Source of the DNA: Macrostomum lignano
Lineage: Eukaryota
DNA: 64,000 nucleotides
Direction of reading: 5' to 3'
NCBI GenBank assembly: GCA_002269645.1
Contig: NIVC01000923.1
Span: forward strand, 1 to 64,000
Each line of letters opens with the position of its first letter. Position 1 is the first letter of the stretch. The position numbers and the translations under genes are program-made. The notes below the pieces were generated by a model. The model was not told the origin of the DNA and ran no database searches. It worked only from the letters and a program-made list of their open reading frames with translations. This document shows, in pieces, positions 17,232 through 29,600 of this stretch.

Positions 17232-20200
17232 TTACACCTCTTGAGTAGAATGAGTCATCGACTGTGGATCTACTTTGCCGCCACCATCTGGAGCTTCGTT
17301 GCCATCGCGACTTAAAAGAGCGACTGACTGCTGCTGCTGCTGCTGCTGGTGTTGCTGCTGCTGGCGCTGAGACATCTGCTGGCAGCGGTTGGCAGCTCGC
17401 GAGTAGCTATGCACCGTGTGGCCCTTGGCCCTGCCGAGCTTTAGCAGGGCATACTGCTCCGGGTCGGCTTTCACGCAGGGCAGAAATCGGAATGCCTGCT
17501 TGAAGCCGGTGCGAAAACTGCGGGATTCGAAGGATTTTGAGTGGCTGCGCTGGTGCTGGGAGCCTATTTCGAATTCGAGCTCTCGTGTTTCGGACAGAAA
17601 CATCACAGAACATTGCAATGCACCAAGTTTTTCAACTTTAGAACTTATGTCACATCTTCAAACAGTTCCCATGAAACGTCTTTTAGAATCCAACTCACCA
17701 ACACTCAACAATGCCTCCAACAAACCAACAGCCCACAATGTCTCCAACAGACCAACAGCCCACAATGCCTCTAACAGACCAACAGCCTACAATGCCTCCA
17801 ACAGACCAACAGCCTACAATGCCTCCAACAGACCAACAGCCTACAATGCCTCCAACAGACCAACAGCCTACAATGCCTCCAACAGACCAACAGCCCACAA
17901 TGCCTCCAACAGACCAACAGCCCACAATGCCTCTAACAGACCAACAGCCTACAATGCCTCCAACAGACCAACAGCCTACAATGCCTCCAACAGACCAACA
18001 CCCCATCGCTTACTTGTTGTTCATTTTGCAATAAATAAAGGGATTCGGCCAGGTGCTGCAGATGGCCAGAAAGTACAGCGCGATGAACAGCGCAGCCGAG
18101 TTGTTAGAAAAGAAGAAGCTGATCTGGTAGGGCAGCCAACACAGGGCGAAAATGACCACGACCGTGATCATCATGAGGACAATCTGGAAAAGAAATAAGT
18201 CACTAAATGTAATACTAGCTTTCTGTAGTCAATTGGATTGCTGTGGAGAAAAAAGGAAAAAAAGAACGTCACGTGAACAAACTAATATTAACTGTTATAT
18301 TGCCCTTTCAATTCAAGCCGTCAATTATTGCAATTCAATTATGCCGCTTAATTATTTCAGAGAAGTCTTTCAAGGCCAATCAACCCAGAACTAGGCTATT
18401 TATTTCCCATCAATGAAATTATCGGTTTCGCCCATAATTATTTTTCCGCCAGTTCCATTTCGTTGATTAAACTCCACTTCTTTCTGAGCTTTCATCCTAA
18501 TCCGGTTCATGGACTACTAAACACAACTTGTGCTGGTGGAATCGTGCCTCTGCCAATATTTCAGTTGGTTTCATTGCATATAATAATAGCCAGAGTTGCT
18601 ATTGTACAAATAATCCGGAATCCGGAATCCGAATCCGGGTCTTTCAAGGTCTTTCAGGGTCTTTCAGGGTCTTTCAGGGTCTTTCAGAGTCTTTCAGGGT
18701 CTTTCAGGGTCTTTCAGGGTCTTTCAGGGTCTTTCAGGGTCTTTCAGGGTCTTTCAGGGTCTTTCAGGGTCTTTCAGGGTCTTTCAGGGTCTTTCAGTGT
18801 CTTTCAGGGTCTTTCAGGGTCTTTCAGGGTCTTTCAGGGTCTTTCAGGGTCTTTCAGGGTCTTTCAGGGTCTTTCGGGGTCTTTCAGGGTCTTTCAGGGT
18901 CTTTCAGGGTCTTTCAGAGTCTTTCAGGGTCTTTCAGGGTCTTTCAGGGTCTTTCAGGGTCTTTCAGGGTCTTTCAGAGTCTTTCAGGGTCTTTCAGGTC
19001 TTTCAGGGTCTTTCAGGATCTTTGAGGGTCTTTCAGGGTCTTTCAGGATCTTTCAGGATCTTTCAGGGTCTTTCAAGGTCTTTCAGGGTCTTTTAGGGTC
19101 TTTCAGGGTCTTTCAGGGTCTTTCAGGATCTTTCAGGGTCTTTCAAGGTCTTTCAGGGTCTTTCAGGGTCTTTCAGGGTCTTTCAGGGTCTTTCAGGGTC
19201 TTTCAGTGTCTTTCAGGGTCTTTCAGGGTCTTTCGGGGTCTTTCAGGGTCTGTCAGGGTCTTTCAGGGTCTTTCAGGGTCTTTCAGGGTCTTTCAGGGTC
19301 TTTCAAAACAAAATTTAAATTTATCAGCAAGTGTTTTTTTAAATACACAACAGAGAAAAGAACAATGAGTCAGTTTTATTTGAAAAATCCCAGTCCAGAT
19401 TCTACTGCGCATTAGTGTCCAAGTCGACATCCCATCCACACATTCCAATGCCGCGATGTGAAGCGTCCAATCGTAGAGATTTTTTACGTAAATTCCTTTA
19501 CTTCAGTGCGACACAGCTTGTTCTCACAATTGAAAGCAATCAGTCAAATTAATTCCCCCACCCCTCAAATTTGCCTGACGTGTTTTTCGGTGCAACAGTC
19601 CTCGTTGAATACAGGAAAATCCCGGAGAAAGAGAACCAAAAATAGAAGGCACTGCTCAGTCCAACTCAGCCCTAACCGTGCCAGATGGGGAGAGCATATT
19701 TTTGAAGATCGAAAAAAATCTCCCGCGTCAACCTGTACCGAATCGACGATTGACGTCTCTGGATTCTTCCCCTTCTTCATCGCGGCGCCAGCTTCGTTTT
19801 GCTCACCATCTTAGAACATACGCAATATCCCTTGGTTCTTCCGTTGGTTACTCTTCCTTCAATTTCCCCTCTCGTTTCCTTTCATATACGGCATTGATGT
19901 ATAACAAGATGTATAATAACCGTGCAGCAACATATGCCAGCGTTTCCCATGAAAGCAGAGCCTCTGGATCCGTCTCCCGACCAGCAGTTTCTATTCATCA
20001 TCATCATTCTACTTGCAAATGAAAGGAAACGAAGTTTCAAATAAGAGACGGAGAAGGTTTAGGGGTGCCGGTCGGTGAATAAAAATCGAAGTCGATTGTG
20101 TTTGACCAAATTTTGCTTGGACGGTGCGTGGCGAGCCTTGAGTTTGAGATTAGTGAGGGTATCGGTTTGGGCAGGCAGGTCATGCTGCTAGTGAAGCGGA

Positions 20201-23200
20201 AGGGATGCAACAGGGGATCAAGGGATTAAGAGAGGGAGAGAGAGACACTTTTTTGTGTTGGGCAGGAAAATTTCCCTTGCATTAGGAATGGATTGTCACG
20301 AATTACACATGTTTGTCTGGCTTCTGTACCTCTTTCTATTTTGCAGTTTTGTCTTCCATAATGTTTTCCTGTCTGTCTATATGCCTGTCTGCCTGTCTGC
20401 CCGACTGCAGTCTTCTTCAGTCGATCCAAGCATCAAACGTCAGAGCTAATCAGCTTAATTCTGTCACATCAGAGCTCCGATCTGAGTACTTCTTGGGTTT
20501 TGAGTAATACACGAACTACTGTGTAACGATCCAGTGTGAAGTTTTGTTACTGAACTACCATGTGCGTCTGAGTTCAATAAGTTAAACTCAGTAATTTATC
20601 GGCTGACCTTTCGCTTAGCCTTGACGGTCTCCTCCTGAGCCTGCGTCTGCTCCCCGATCGGCTGCTGAGTCCACAGACGAATCCCGATGATGATGTAGGC
20701 GATTCCCACCACGATCACTGGTACCAGATACTGCAGAGTCATTAACACGTAATTGTACCTGCAATTTTAGCGAGGAAAGGGAGGAAAGCATATTGAGTCT
20801 GGGGTTACCTCTCAGAATGGGATAAATCGATTTGCTTAAAACTGCCAGAAAAATATATGGGCAGGCTAGAGAGCCACTAAAAGATTTTTCGGACCCGGTC
20901 CAAGACTAAGCTTGGAAACTCGGTTGAGTACTTAAAATCAGGGGGAAACGTTTTATTTTTTTAGCTTCATCATCCTGCTATTATCACTTGCCTCTGGTCT
21001 TAGAGAACTAAGCAGCTCGAAGGCCTGGTGGCATTTAATCAATTCTTCGCAGCTCAGAAGCGTTAGTTTTCTTTTCTAGAGAAAGAAGAAGTCTTCTCTT
21101 GGCTCTTGGTGTTCGTTTAAAACGGCCCCTAGCTAGCATAAAAACCCCACGGTTAAGCCAGACACGCAACACATTTTACGTGCCCTATTTACCATGATTC
21201 ACTATTTCTGTTTTGGAATTTCGGTCTCGTGATCCCACTTTTCAATAAAAAGTGAAGACTTCCTAGAAGCCTCTGACTATTTTATTTAAATTAGAAAAGA
21301 CATGTTGAACTTCCGAATAGAATCTATAGTTCACGTAGAGAGCCCCTCAGTTAATTTTCCATGTTTTTTTGGCTTGAGTTTCTAGAATAGTACGCATTGC
21401 GGTTAACTTACGCCACAAAGACTTTCGCTGCGATGTTACAATTAGTAAACATCTTTTCATTCACTTGCAGCTCGCTAAAAATGGCCGGTGGGGCGGCGGT
21501 CACCATGCTGAATGCCCAGATAAACGCGATGCTAGCGATGATGGCCAAGCGCTTCGGGCGCGGCCGCAGCGGGTGCATGATGACGACGTATCTGTAGAGA
21601 TGCAAACATAATATTGAATCTAGGAAATTTGATAATAGTTAATTGAATTTGAATATCTTTTCTGATGTTTATAATGTACAAATTTTAATCTAGCTTAAAT
21701 TCATATACTATTATATTCTGATTGTAAATATAGATAAAGTGGTACCTCTCACTAACTCGAGTTTTTACCCCAGTAGTTTTCTAAGAAAAAATCCATGCAA
21801 TACTTTTACTCTCCGCTTATGGCTAACTTTGCTTTGCTGTATCTTATTATCTGCTGAAGATTTAAAACAAATTTGCATCTATAGCAACTATTTAAGAGGC
21901 TTGATTACTTCGAATGGAAAATGTGAACAGGAAATCAGACGGAGAATCTCCCACGGCGAGAGATATCTTATTATATTTTGTTAAAAGCGAGTGTGGCACT
22001 TTGGTCAAAAGACGCGTAAAGAACGACAATACAACCTGTTAAGGAAAAGTCAACAGCACTGGAGAGGTCGTGAAGCGAAGTAAGGGACCGCAAAGTCTGG
22101 TGTGCGGTTAAAATATAAAAAAGCTTCATTCAAAGATAAAAATGGCAAAAGCAACGCAAGCGAAGTCTAATCAATCAATCAATCAATCAATCAATTAATC
22201 AATGGATCAATCAGCCAAGCTCCGGTCTTAGCTCACATAATTTTATACTAACAGACACTGCAGCATACACTGCCCAGTTAAATTATTGGCTAGAGATGCC
22301 AGCTAAATAAGTGAAAGACTGGGAGATGAATCAGAATTTTTCTGCCTTGCTTTCCAGCCTACTGATTCTATCCTTGGGCACACGGAGCGATATCCCTGGG
22401 GACAAGTTCCCGATGCATAGGCGATGGAGCTGTGAGGAAGGGGGCGGCAGCTGGAGCTGAAGGCGGAACACAGGCTCACCCCTTTTTAAATTGCCACTTG
22501 ACATGCGAGCTAGCGGGAGAGAAAACAAGATCGAGAAAAAAGGGAGCGGGCTAGGAAGGGTGGGGGGGCAAAGAGGATTTAAGACCCCTCGACAGCCGCC
22601 CCCCCCCCCCGGGGAAGAGGCATCTAATCACCGTAATCACTGAGTCAATAAGAAGAGCAGCGAGAGAAAGACAGACCTGGCAGAGGTTCTCAATCGTAGG
22701 ACTTCATTTGAGTAGATTGATGGAGCTGAACATAAAGTAAAGAGCTGGCCTGAGTTAATGCGATGAAGATCTGTTGATGCTTTCATTATTCAGTATAATT
22801 TTTTTATCCCTGTTTCTTTGCACTAATATAATGTGAAAAACATTTATTTTTGCAGGCTGATAACTAAAGCTGGGGTGAGGGTTTCTTCTTAGCCCATTTT
22901 TAATGAAACTGCTCAAATCATATTTATGAGAGTCAGTATAACAAATATGAACCGTTGTACTCATAAAATTTTGCCTTGCATTTAATTTCGCAGAGAGCCT
23001 AAATATACTTAAAATATACTTTCGTAGTAAACCGATTGTAGCCAATAATAAATGACACGTGGAGAGCTAGCAAAAACTAATTCAAAGCTAAACATTAAAA
23101 ACTCACCTCTCAATCGCGATGGCCATGAAGGTGAAGACCGACAGCGAGATCGAAAATGTGGTCATAAAATTGGACACTCGGCAGTAAAACAGACCGAATT

Positions 23201-23468
23201 TCCAATTCTGCTCCAGAGTGTAGATAACGTTGGGCACAACTTGCAGCGTCACGACCATCAGATCCGAGATGCTCAAGTTGAGCAAGAAAAAGTTAGTAAT
23301 TATTCGCATCTTTGTGTGGGCCACAATGACCCAGATGACTAATGAATTGCCGACAATTGAGATGCACATAATGGCAAAGAAGGCCGCCCAAATGAAAGCT
23401 CGACTGGCCGTCCCGAAACTATGGACTCCAGTCGGTGTGCCACTTGATGTAGTGTTGTTGTAGCTCAT
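17232..23468 (-). CDS. Class A neuropeptide GPCR, tachykinin-receptor-like (tachykinin/natalisin/luqin-RYamide clade), 382 aa, 5 exons
   Basis: Exons 23468-23107, 21591-21412, 20758-20608, 18183-18014 and 17517-17232 (1149 nt; phases 2,2,0,2; all GT..AG). Motifs: TM1 GNSLVIW, TM2 TNFFLLNLSISDL, WKFGLFYC, TM3 AIAIER|YVVIMHPLRPR, TM5 YLVP..AY..IGIRLW..AKRK, TM6 FALCWLPY, TM7 NPFIY, helix 8 FRTGFKQAFR. Confidence 0.93.
17710..18000. repeat. 27-bp minisatellite AACAGACCAACAGCCTACAATGCCTCC in GPCR intron 4
   Basis: About 10 copies, starting about 13 nt from the donor at 18013. Confidence 0.95.
18640..19305. repeat. 10-bp tandem repeat CTTTCAGGGT in GPCR intron 3
   Basis: About 65 copies. Confidence 0.95.
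21865..21960 (+). mobile_element. Fragment of a non-LTR retrotransposon reverse transcriptase (RTE-like) in GPCR intron 1
   Basis: Translation YLRGLITSNGKCEQEIRRRISHG matches the YLGxxIxxDGxxxxEIxxRIxxA motif that follows the RT core in RTE-type LINEs. A (TCAA)n run at 22167-22200 may be its tail. Confidence 0.65.
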
Positions 23469-23559
23469 GCTGATTCTGCAAACGTTTATCGTCCGGAGTG
23501 GGAGCTAATAAGTGAAAATTTGAGACACCTATAGAAAATAGAAAGTATTCGCAAATTGG

Positions 23560-24020
23560 TTGCAATCAGCTTAAGAATGCAATGGAAGAGTGGAATGTTG
23601 GCTGCAATCCAGCTGAAGAGTGCAATGGAAGAGTGGAATGTTGGCTGCAATCCAGCTGAAGAGTGCAATGGAAGAGTGGAATGTTGGCTGCAATCCAGCT
23701 GAAGAATGCAATGGAAGAGTGGAATGTTGGCTGCAATCCAGCTGAAGAGTGCAATGGAAGAGTGGAATGTTGGCTGCAATCCAGCTGAAGAATGCAATGG
23801 AAGAGTGGAATGTTGGTTGCAATCCAGCTGAAGAGTGCAATGGAAGAGTGGAATGTTGGTTGCAATCCAGCTGAAGAGTGCAATGGAATAGTGGAATGTT
23901 GGCTGCAATCCAGCTGAAGAGTGCAATGGAAGAGTGGAATGTTGGCTGCAATCCAGCTGAAGAATGCAATGGAAGAGTGGAATGTTGGTTGCAATCCAGC
24001 TGAAGAATGCAATGGAAGAT
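23560..24020. repeat. 43-bp minisatellite TGCAATGGAAGAGTGGAATGTTGGCTGCAATCCAGCTGAAGAG
   Basis: About 10 copies just 5' of the GPCR start; the source of ORFs 23486-24188. Confidence 0.95.
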
Positions 24021-26284
24021 AACGATATACGATATACAAATCCCATTGACTGAGGAATCCCAAGATCCCAATCGGAGCCTTGCAAGTGACTCGCTGCGCT
24101 TGGAAAAAGAAATGGTTATTTTGAAACGAGCCAGTTGTTTATATTGAATTTCCCGTTCTATTCTAGAAAAGAAACGCACACTTGTCATGGCTGACTGCGC
24201 AAAACTATAATTCGAAAGCGTTATACGCTGCCAACAGGTAAACCTAGATATTGCCTTTTTGGAAAGAAGATTTTCTTTGCACTCCCCACTTCTGGAGCAC
24301 CGCGGAGGTCATGGTAGCTCGTAGCTCGTAAGTTCCGCAGCCGAAGCGAAAAAAGTCGGAGCCGGTTTCCCAGAAAGGGCTTAAGTTTTAGCTATGCTTA
24401 TTGCTACGTAACATAAAGTCTAGAAATAATATAGAATGACTACAGAAACATTAAAAATGATGGTAGCTAGATTTTCCTGTCAAAATACAACGCGTACGGA
24501 GCGAACATTTCATGTGGCTGCATCTCCTACGCCTAGCATCTTGTTTTTATGCTTTTATGACTGGATCGCATTGATTCCATTATGGCAACAAAAAACAATA
24601 TTTTTCAACTCCCAAATATCTTCCTGTTTTGCGACAATTTTTACTGCAAAGATAGACAGCTTTTGTCATGACAAGTTGTATGCGATGCTTTGAAAGCGAA
24701 GCAAATCCCACAAAATCCGAATGTCATGAATGTCTCGATAAAATTTGATTTCAGCTATATAAGAAGTATGTTGGAGACTAAAGCTACGGATTCGCAATCG
24801 CAAGTCCACCTGCACTCTTAGCGTAGAGAGCCCCATAATGCTCCATAATAAGTAATACACTCGTAGAGAGCCCCTGTACAACAATCCCACGAAGTCAACA
24901 GACGCTTTCTACATCCTGTGCTGTCGATGGCAAAAAACTACTTTTACATTACGCCGATGTTCAGCCGACGCAGGTAAAAATATCTAAGACGGCAAATAAC
25001 AAATAATGTTCAAAGTAAGTATGAGCGTAAAAAAATACGAAAGATTGCACTTCGACATTATCTTGTGTAATGTAAAGATAGTTATTTGCCATAGACTTTG
25101 GTCACATTGGTTGCTGGTTCCGGAATGTTGTCTAGTCGAAAACCAAATTAAACACGGCGGCACACGTAGAAAGCCTCAAAAAATTAAAATCAAAGACAAC
25201 CAGCTTTCAACTGCTTAAAGTCATGTCGCTGTAAGAGCCAATACTTAATCCAAAATATAAAAAATAAGCGTGTCAGTTTCTTCTTTGTTTCTACTTACGT
25301 CCTAGCTTATATAGTACTATAGCTATTATACAATTATTCGCCTCATGTCCGTCATTTACAAACGACGACAGCCTTAAACAGCTTAGTGGTGACGGCAAAA
25401 AAACTAAAGAAAATCGCACAATTCACAAATAGCTTCAAGGTGCGACGGTGGATAGGTTAAATCTCATGGGTACCCGTGGTGGTTAGTCAAAGGTCAGTCA
25501 GAGAGGCTTGCAGACAGAAAGTGACAAAAACCTTTTTTTCAGCGTCGATCCAGGTGGAAAAATCGTATTGACTGCTAAGGCAGGGAAAATTTTTGGCGAA
25601 AAAATGCAACCTTTTTTCCACCTGCCAAATCGACTTTTCGCAGTTTAGAAAGTTAAGCCGAAGCTGTAAATGTTTGTGGTGTATATTAATGGCAAATAGT
25701 GTATTCACGTTTTAAAGATTTAAGCTTATAACTATACTGTACGAGCCTCGTACAAAGCAGTACATTGCTGAAGAATAACACTTATAAAAGTAGAGGAGGT
25801 ACGCACAAACAAGATCAAATAAGAATAGATCCTTGATGTCTTTTCCGTTCTGTTTACTCAAGATTGATGATTAATTAAGCCTCGACCCTTTACTGACTTA
25901 TCTTCTGCTTCCGCTCCTGTCTCTGCTTCCGTAAGCGGAACAGTTGCTAATCGAAATTTGAGACCGAAAATGAGCAAGCTGACAAAACAGCCTTTACTAT
26001 TGAAAGAAATTGCATTTCATAAGCCACTTTATATGCTAATTTTAAATCAAATAATGCTCTCATCTTTATATATCCTTAACCTTAATCACTCTTTCCGATC
26101 CAGATGCTATTACCCTTAACAATCCCTGGTCTAACCGGAATCGCAGAGCCCAGGGCCAAGGACTACAGGAGAAAGTAAAATCGCTTGGGATGGATCAAAG
26201 AGACACTCGGAACGTTAGGCAGGGGCCTCGCCACATCCGATGTGTGGCGCCCTCTTGCAGTCGCACTGGAGCACTTTGGCGCTA

Positions 26285-26440
26285 GAGCCCACTCAAATGA
26301 AATGGCGCCCCACTCAAATGAAATGGCGCCCCACTCAAATGAAATGGCGCCCCACTCAAATGAAATGGCGCCCCACTCAAATGAAATAGCGCCCCACTCA
26401 AATGAAATGGCGCCCCACTCAAATGAACTGGCGCCCCTAA
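26285..26440. repeat. 21-bp tandem repeat CACTCAAATGAAATGGCGCCC
   Basis: About 7 copies. Confidence 0.95.
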
Positions 26441-28163
26441 AATAATAATAAACTCACTCAAATATTACAGCATGCTAGCATACTCGCTGCATAAGCGCCT
26501 AGTAGATTTCTATCTCGCGATTGTATTCGAGAAGCAAAGCTGGTTCATTAAATCTGCATAATAATCGTGAGAATGCGTCCTCTAACAGCCCCCTGTGGTC
26601 CATGTTTATTTGCCCATTCTCACAAAAATGAAAGTACTTTAGAAAGTTTCGTTGTGTCCGTGCTCAGGATAGAATTCAAATGTGCTGCTAACAAAATCAC
26701 ACATGGTCGCTCCGGCCACCTCATGCGATGCGCCATGGCAGCGATCGGATGTCCCTAGAGGCATTCATCACCTGATCCCGGATGCGGCGCTTTCGCTCCG
26801 CCTATTATCGACCAATCTGGTGATGAAACCCAAGGCTGAGGAGAGAACTTTCCTGTTTAGCCCATAAGCCTTTGTTCAGTTTTGATTCTGGGCCTACGGG
26901 TCCGGCATCAAGTGCCCTGCCTGTTTGTTGCTTCTACCAACGGGCCGGAGCCACAGAAACCACACAGTCAAGAAATTTGTATATTGCATTTTTTATCATT
27001 CCATTCAATCCCACAAATCTGCGTCTGACCCTCTGAAATCAGCTGCTGGTCCCCGGGTATCATCTATCAACTGGATATCTCTGCAGAGTAGAACTGAAAG
27101 CCTGCTATTATAAACACCGATAGCACTATGGTCGGCTTTTTCAGCTGCTTTTGTTTGAAGCAAATCAGTTAGGTAAGTGAACTAAGGGGGTGGGGGGCCT
27201 ATGGAGATAGTGTAACAATTGCAACAGCGCCATCTCTTGCAAATGTCACTCAATTTCCAACCGCGCCCCGCCAGCAATCAGTCAGGGTCTGTGGCAGGGA
27301 TAAACAGAGGCAGAGTCTTCCTCTCCCAGACACCCGGCTTCCAATAATTCACTGCCGGGCCCGGCCGAAGAGCATCGCGACTGACCAGTTCGCCCGATTC
27401 GGTGCCCGAAAAAAAACCGACAGCAATTAACAGACGTTTGAAAGGTGGGAAATTTTGGATCACAGAATTTATACTGAAGGAGAAATTACTGGGCTATAAT
27501 CCTTTTACCACCTTCAGCCGCAGCAGAGCCTTGTAGGAGCCTCTGCTTCTGCCTTGTATTGCAATAGGAATTCGCCTAAAACACACTATTGTTCCGATTT
27601 ATCCAAGCGATGCCTAAAAGCAGAAATCTCTCCCCCAACAAGCCTTGAGCAGCTACTCACCCCCTTCTCCATCTCCTGTCTCGGGAATGCGTTTAGACCC
27701 CCTAGCACTGCTTCATGGCGTCCATTGTCCTACGCTGTCTCCAAACGAAATTGTTTTCAAAGAAGAAATATTCTTTTTGAGTACGAGTATCTCACTTTCT
27801 GTCCCCTCGTGTGCATTCGGGTGTAAATTCAGATTCAGGATCACGAATTGACGGGAGAAGAAAGCGACTCTGGATTATTATTAGTAAGCTGCAGGTGAGA
27901 CCAAAACAATAGAACGTATTTGATATGCGCTATTGATCAAATTAACTGGAATCAAGAGTCACTTGCTCTAAAATGCTCTAAGTGGGCCTGTCTGCGAGCG
28001 AGACTGAGCGCTTGTGCTCAATGCAATCCAGGGCAAATAGTTAGCTGCAGAGAAGTTCAACGACTCTTGCGCTAAAGTCAGCGGGTGCATTTCTCACCTA
28101 TGAGGAGTGCACCTGCGTACTTTATCTGTGTCCGTATGCGCGCTGAGGGTCAGATGAAATTTA

Positions 28164-28410
28164 GGGGCTTGCAGTGGTTAGAGCGTCGGACTCGTGACTT
28201 GAAGGTCGAGGGATCGATTCTCGACACACTGGGAACAATTTGTATCCTTGAGCAAGGCACTTAACTCTGCATTGCTTCAGTCCACCCGGCTGTAAAATGC
28301 AGGTGCCAGCATCAGCTGGGGCAATTGAGGGTGTGTGGCGACTTCGCCAAGAACCGGGGCAGCCTTCAGAGGGCAGGGCAGGTGTAATCAATGATTATAA
28401 TTATCAGAGG
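28164..28410 (+). mobile_element. tRNA-derived SINE with a CORE-like central domain, copy 1
   Basis: A-box-like GCAGTGGTTAGAGCG (28171), B-box-like GGGATCGATTCTC (28210), then TCCTTGAGCAAGGCACTTAAC..CAGTCCACCCGGCTGTAAAATG, which resembles the MIR/CORE motif TGACCTTGGGCAAGTCACTTAAC..CTGTAAAATGG. A second copy lies at 46970. Confidence 0.8.
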
Positions 28411-28869
28411 TCAAAAGAAATCCTTCAGAAAACAACCAAAGAGCCAATGTTTTACAGAGAAGCAAATAGAAAAGAATTTTCTCTAATTCGATGTCCAGAA
28501 AATATTTTGTCGCTATTATTTATGCAGCGAAAAATTGATCACTGACCTTGGGTTGAAGCTCAGCAGTTGTAGGCGATAGAAATACTCAAAGGCCTTTGAA
28601 AAATGGACTACGATAGGCAACAATAATTGAAATAGCAAATTATATTTTTGCCTGCTTTTGCTTTCAAAGAGGGATTTTGCCTAGAAAGCAGGTCAGCTTT
28701 CCACCAAACCATTTTAAGCTGCCTGCCCCTGCCCTGTGCCTACAGGCTGAACACACTCGATTGGCTTTGGCCTCTGGGGTGTCGGGGAGAGGGGGCCGCC
28801 AATGCTGGACTGCTGCAGAGCGAGGTGAGACTGCGAGGGTCGACACTTTTTGAAGGTGAGACTTGATGG

Positions 28870-29600
28870 CGAGACTGGTATAATAAGACCTCAAGGTTGA
28901 GACTTTGGTAGTAAGACTTTGAGGCTGAGACTTTGGTAGTAAGACTTTGAGGCTGAGACTTTGGTAGTAAGACTTTGAGGTTAAGACTTTGGTAGTAAGA
29001 CTTTGAGGTTAAGACTTTGGTAGTATGACTTTGAGGCTGAGACTTTGGTAGTATGACTTTGAGGCTGAGACTTTGGTAGTATGACTTTGAGGTTGAGACT
29101 TTGGTAGTAAGACTTTGAGGTTAAGACTTTGGTAGTAAGACTTTGAGGTTAAGACTTTGGTAGTAAGACTTTGAGGTTGAGACTGTGGTAGTATGACTTT
29201 GAGGTTGAGACTGTGGTAGTATGACTTTGAGGTTGAGACTTTGGTAGTAAGACTTTGAGGTTGAGACTTTGGCAGTAAGACCTTAAGGTTGAGACTTTGG
29301 TAGTATGACTTTGAGGCTGAGACTTTGGTAGTATGACTTTGAGGCTGAGACTTTAGTAGTATGACTTTGAGGTTGAGACTTTGGTAGTAAGACTTTGAGG
29401 TTAAGACTTTGGTAGTAAGACTTTGAGGTTGAGACTGTGGTAGTATGACTTTGAGGTTGAGACTGTGGTAGTATGACTTTGAGGTTGAGACTGGTAGTAT
29501 GACTTTGAGGTTGAGACTGTGGTAGTATGACTTTGAGGTTGAGACTGGTAGTATGACTTTGAGGTTGAGACTGTGGTAGTATGACTTTGAGGTTGAGACT
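28870..29600. repeat. 28-bp minisatellite GAGACTTTGGTAGTAAGACTTTGAGGTT
   Basis: About 26 copies. Confidence 0.95.

Noticed and set aside
18090-18125. Apparent frameshift between TM6 and TM7 of the GPCR
   Set aside because: Re-reading gives TTC TTC TTT TCT AAC AAC; the frame is intact.
28164-28240. Functional tRNA genes at 28164 and 46975
   Set aside because: No complete acceptor or T stem could be folded, and both continue into a shared SINE body.
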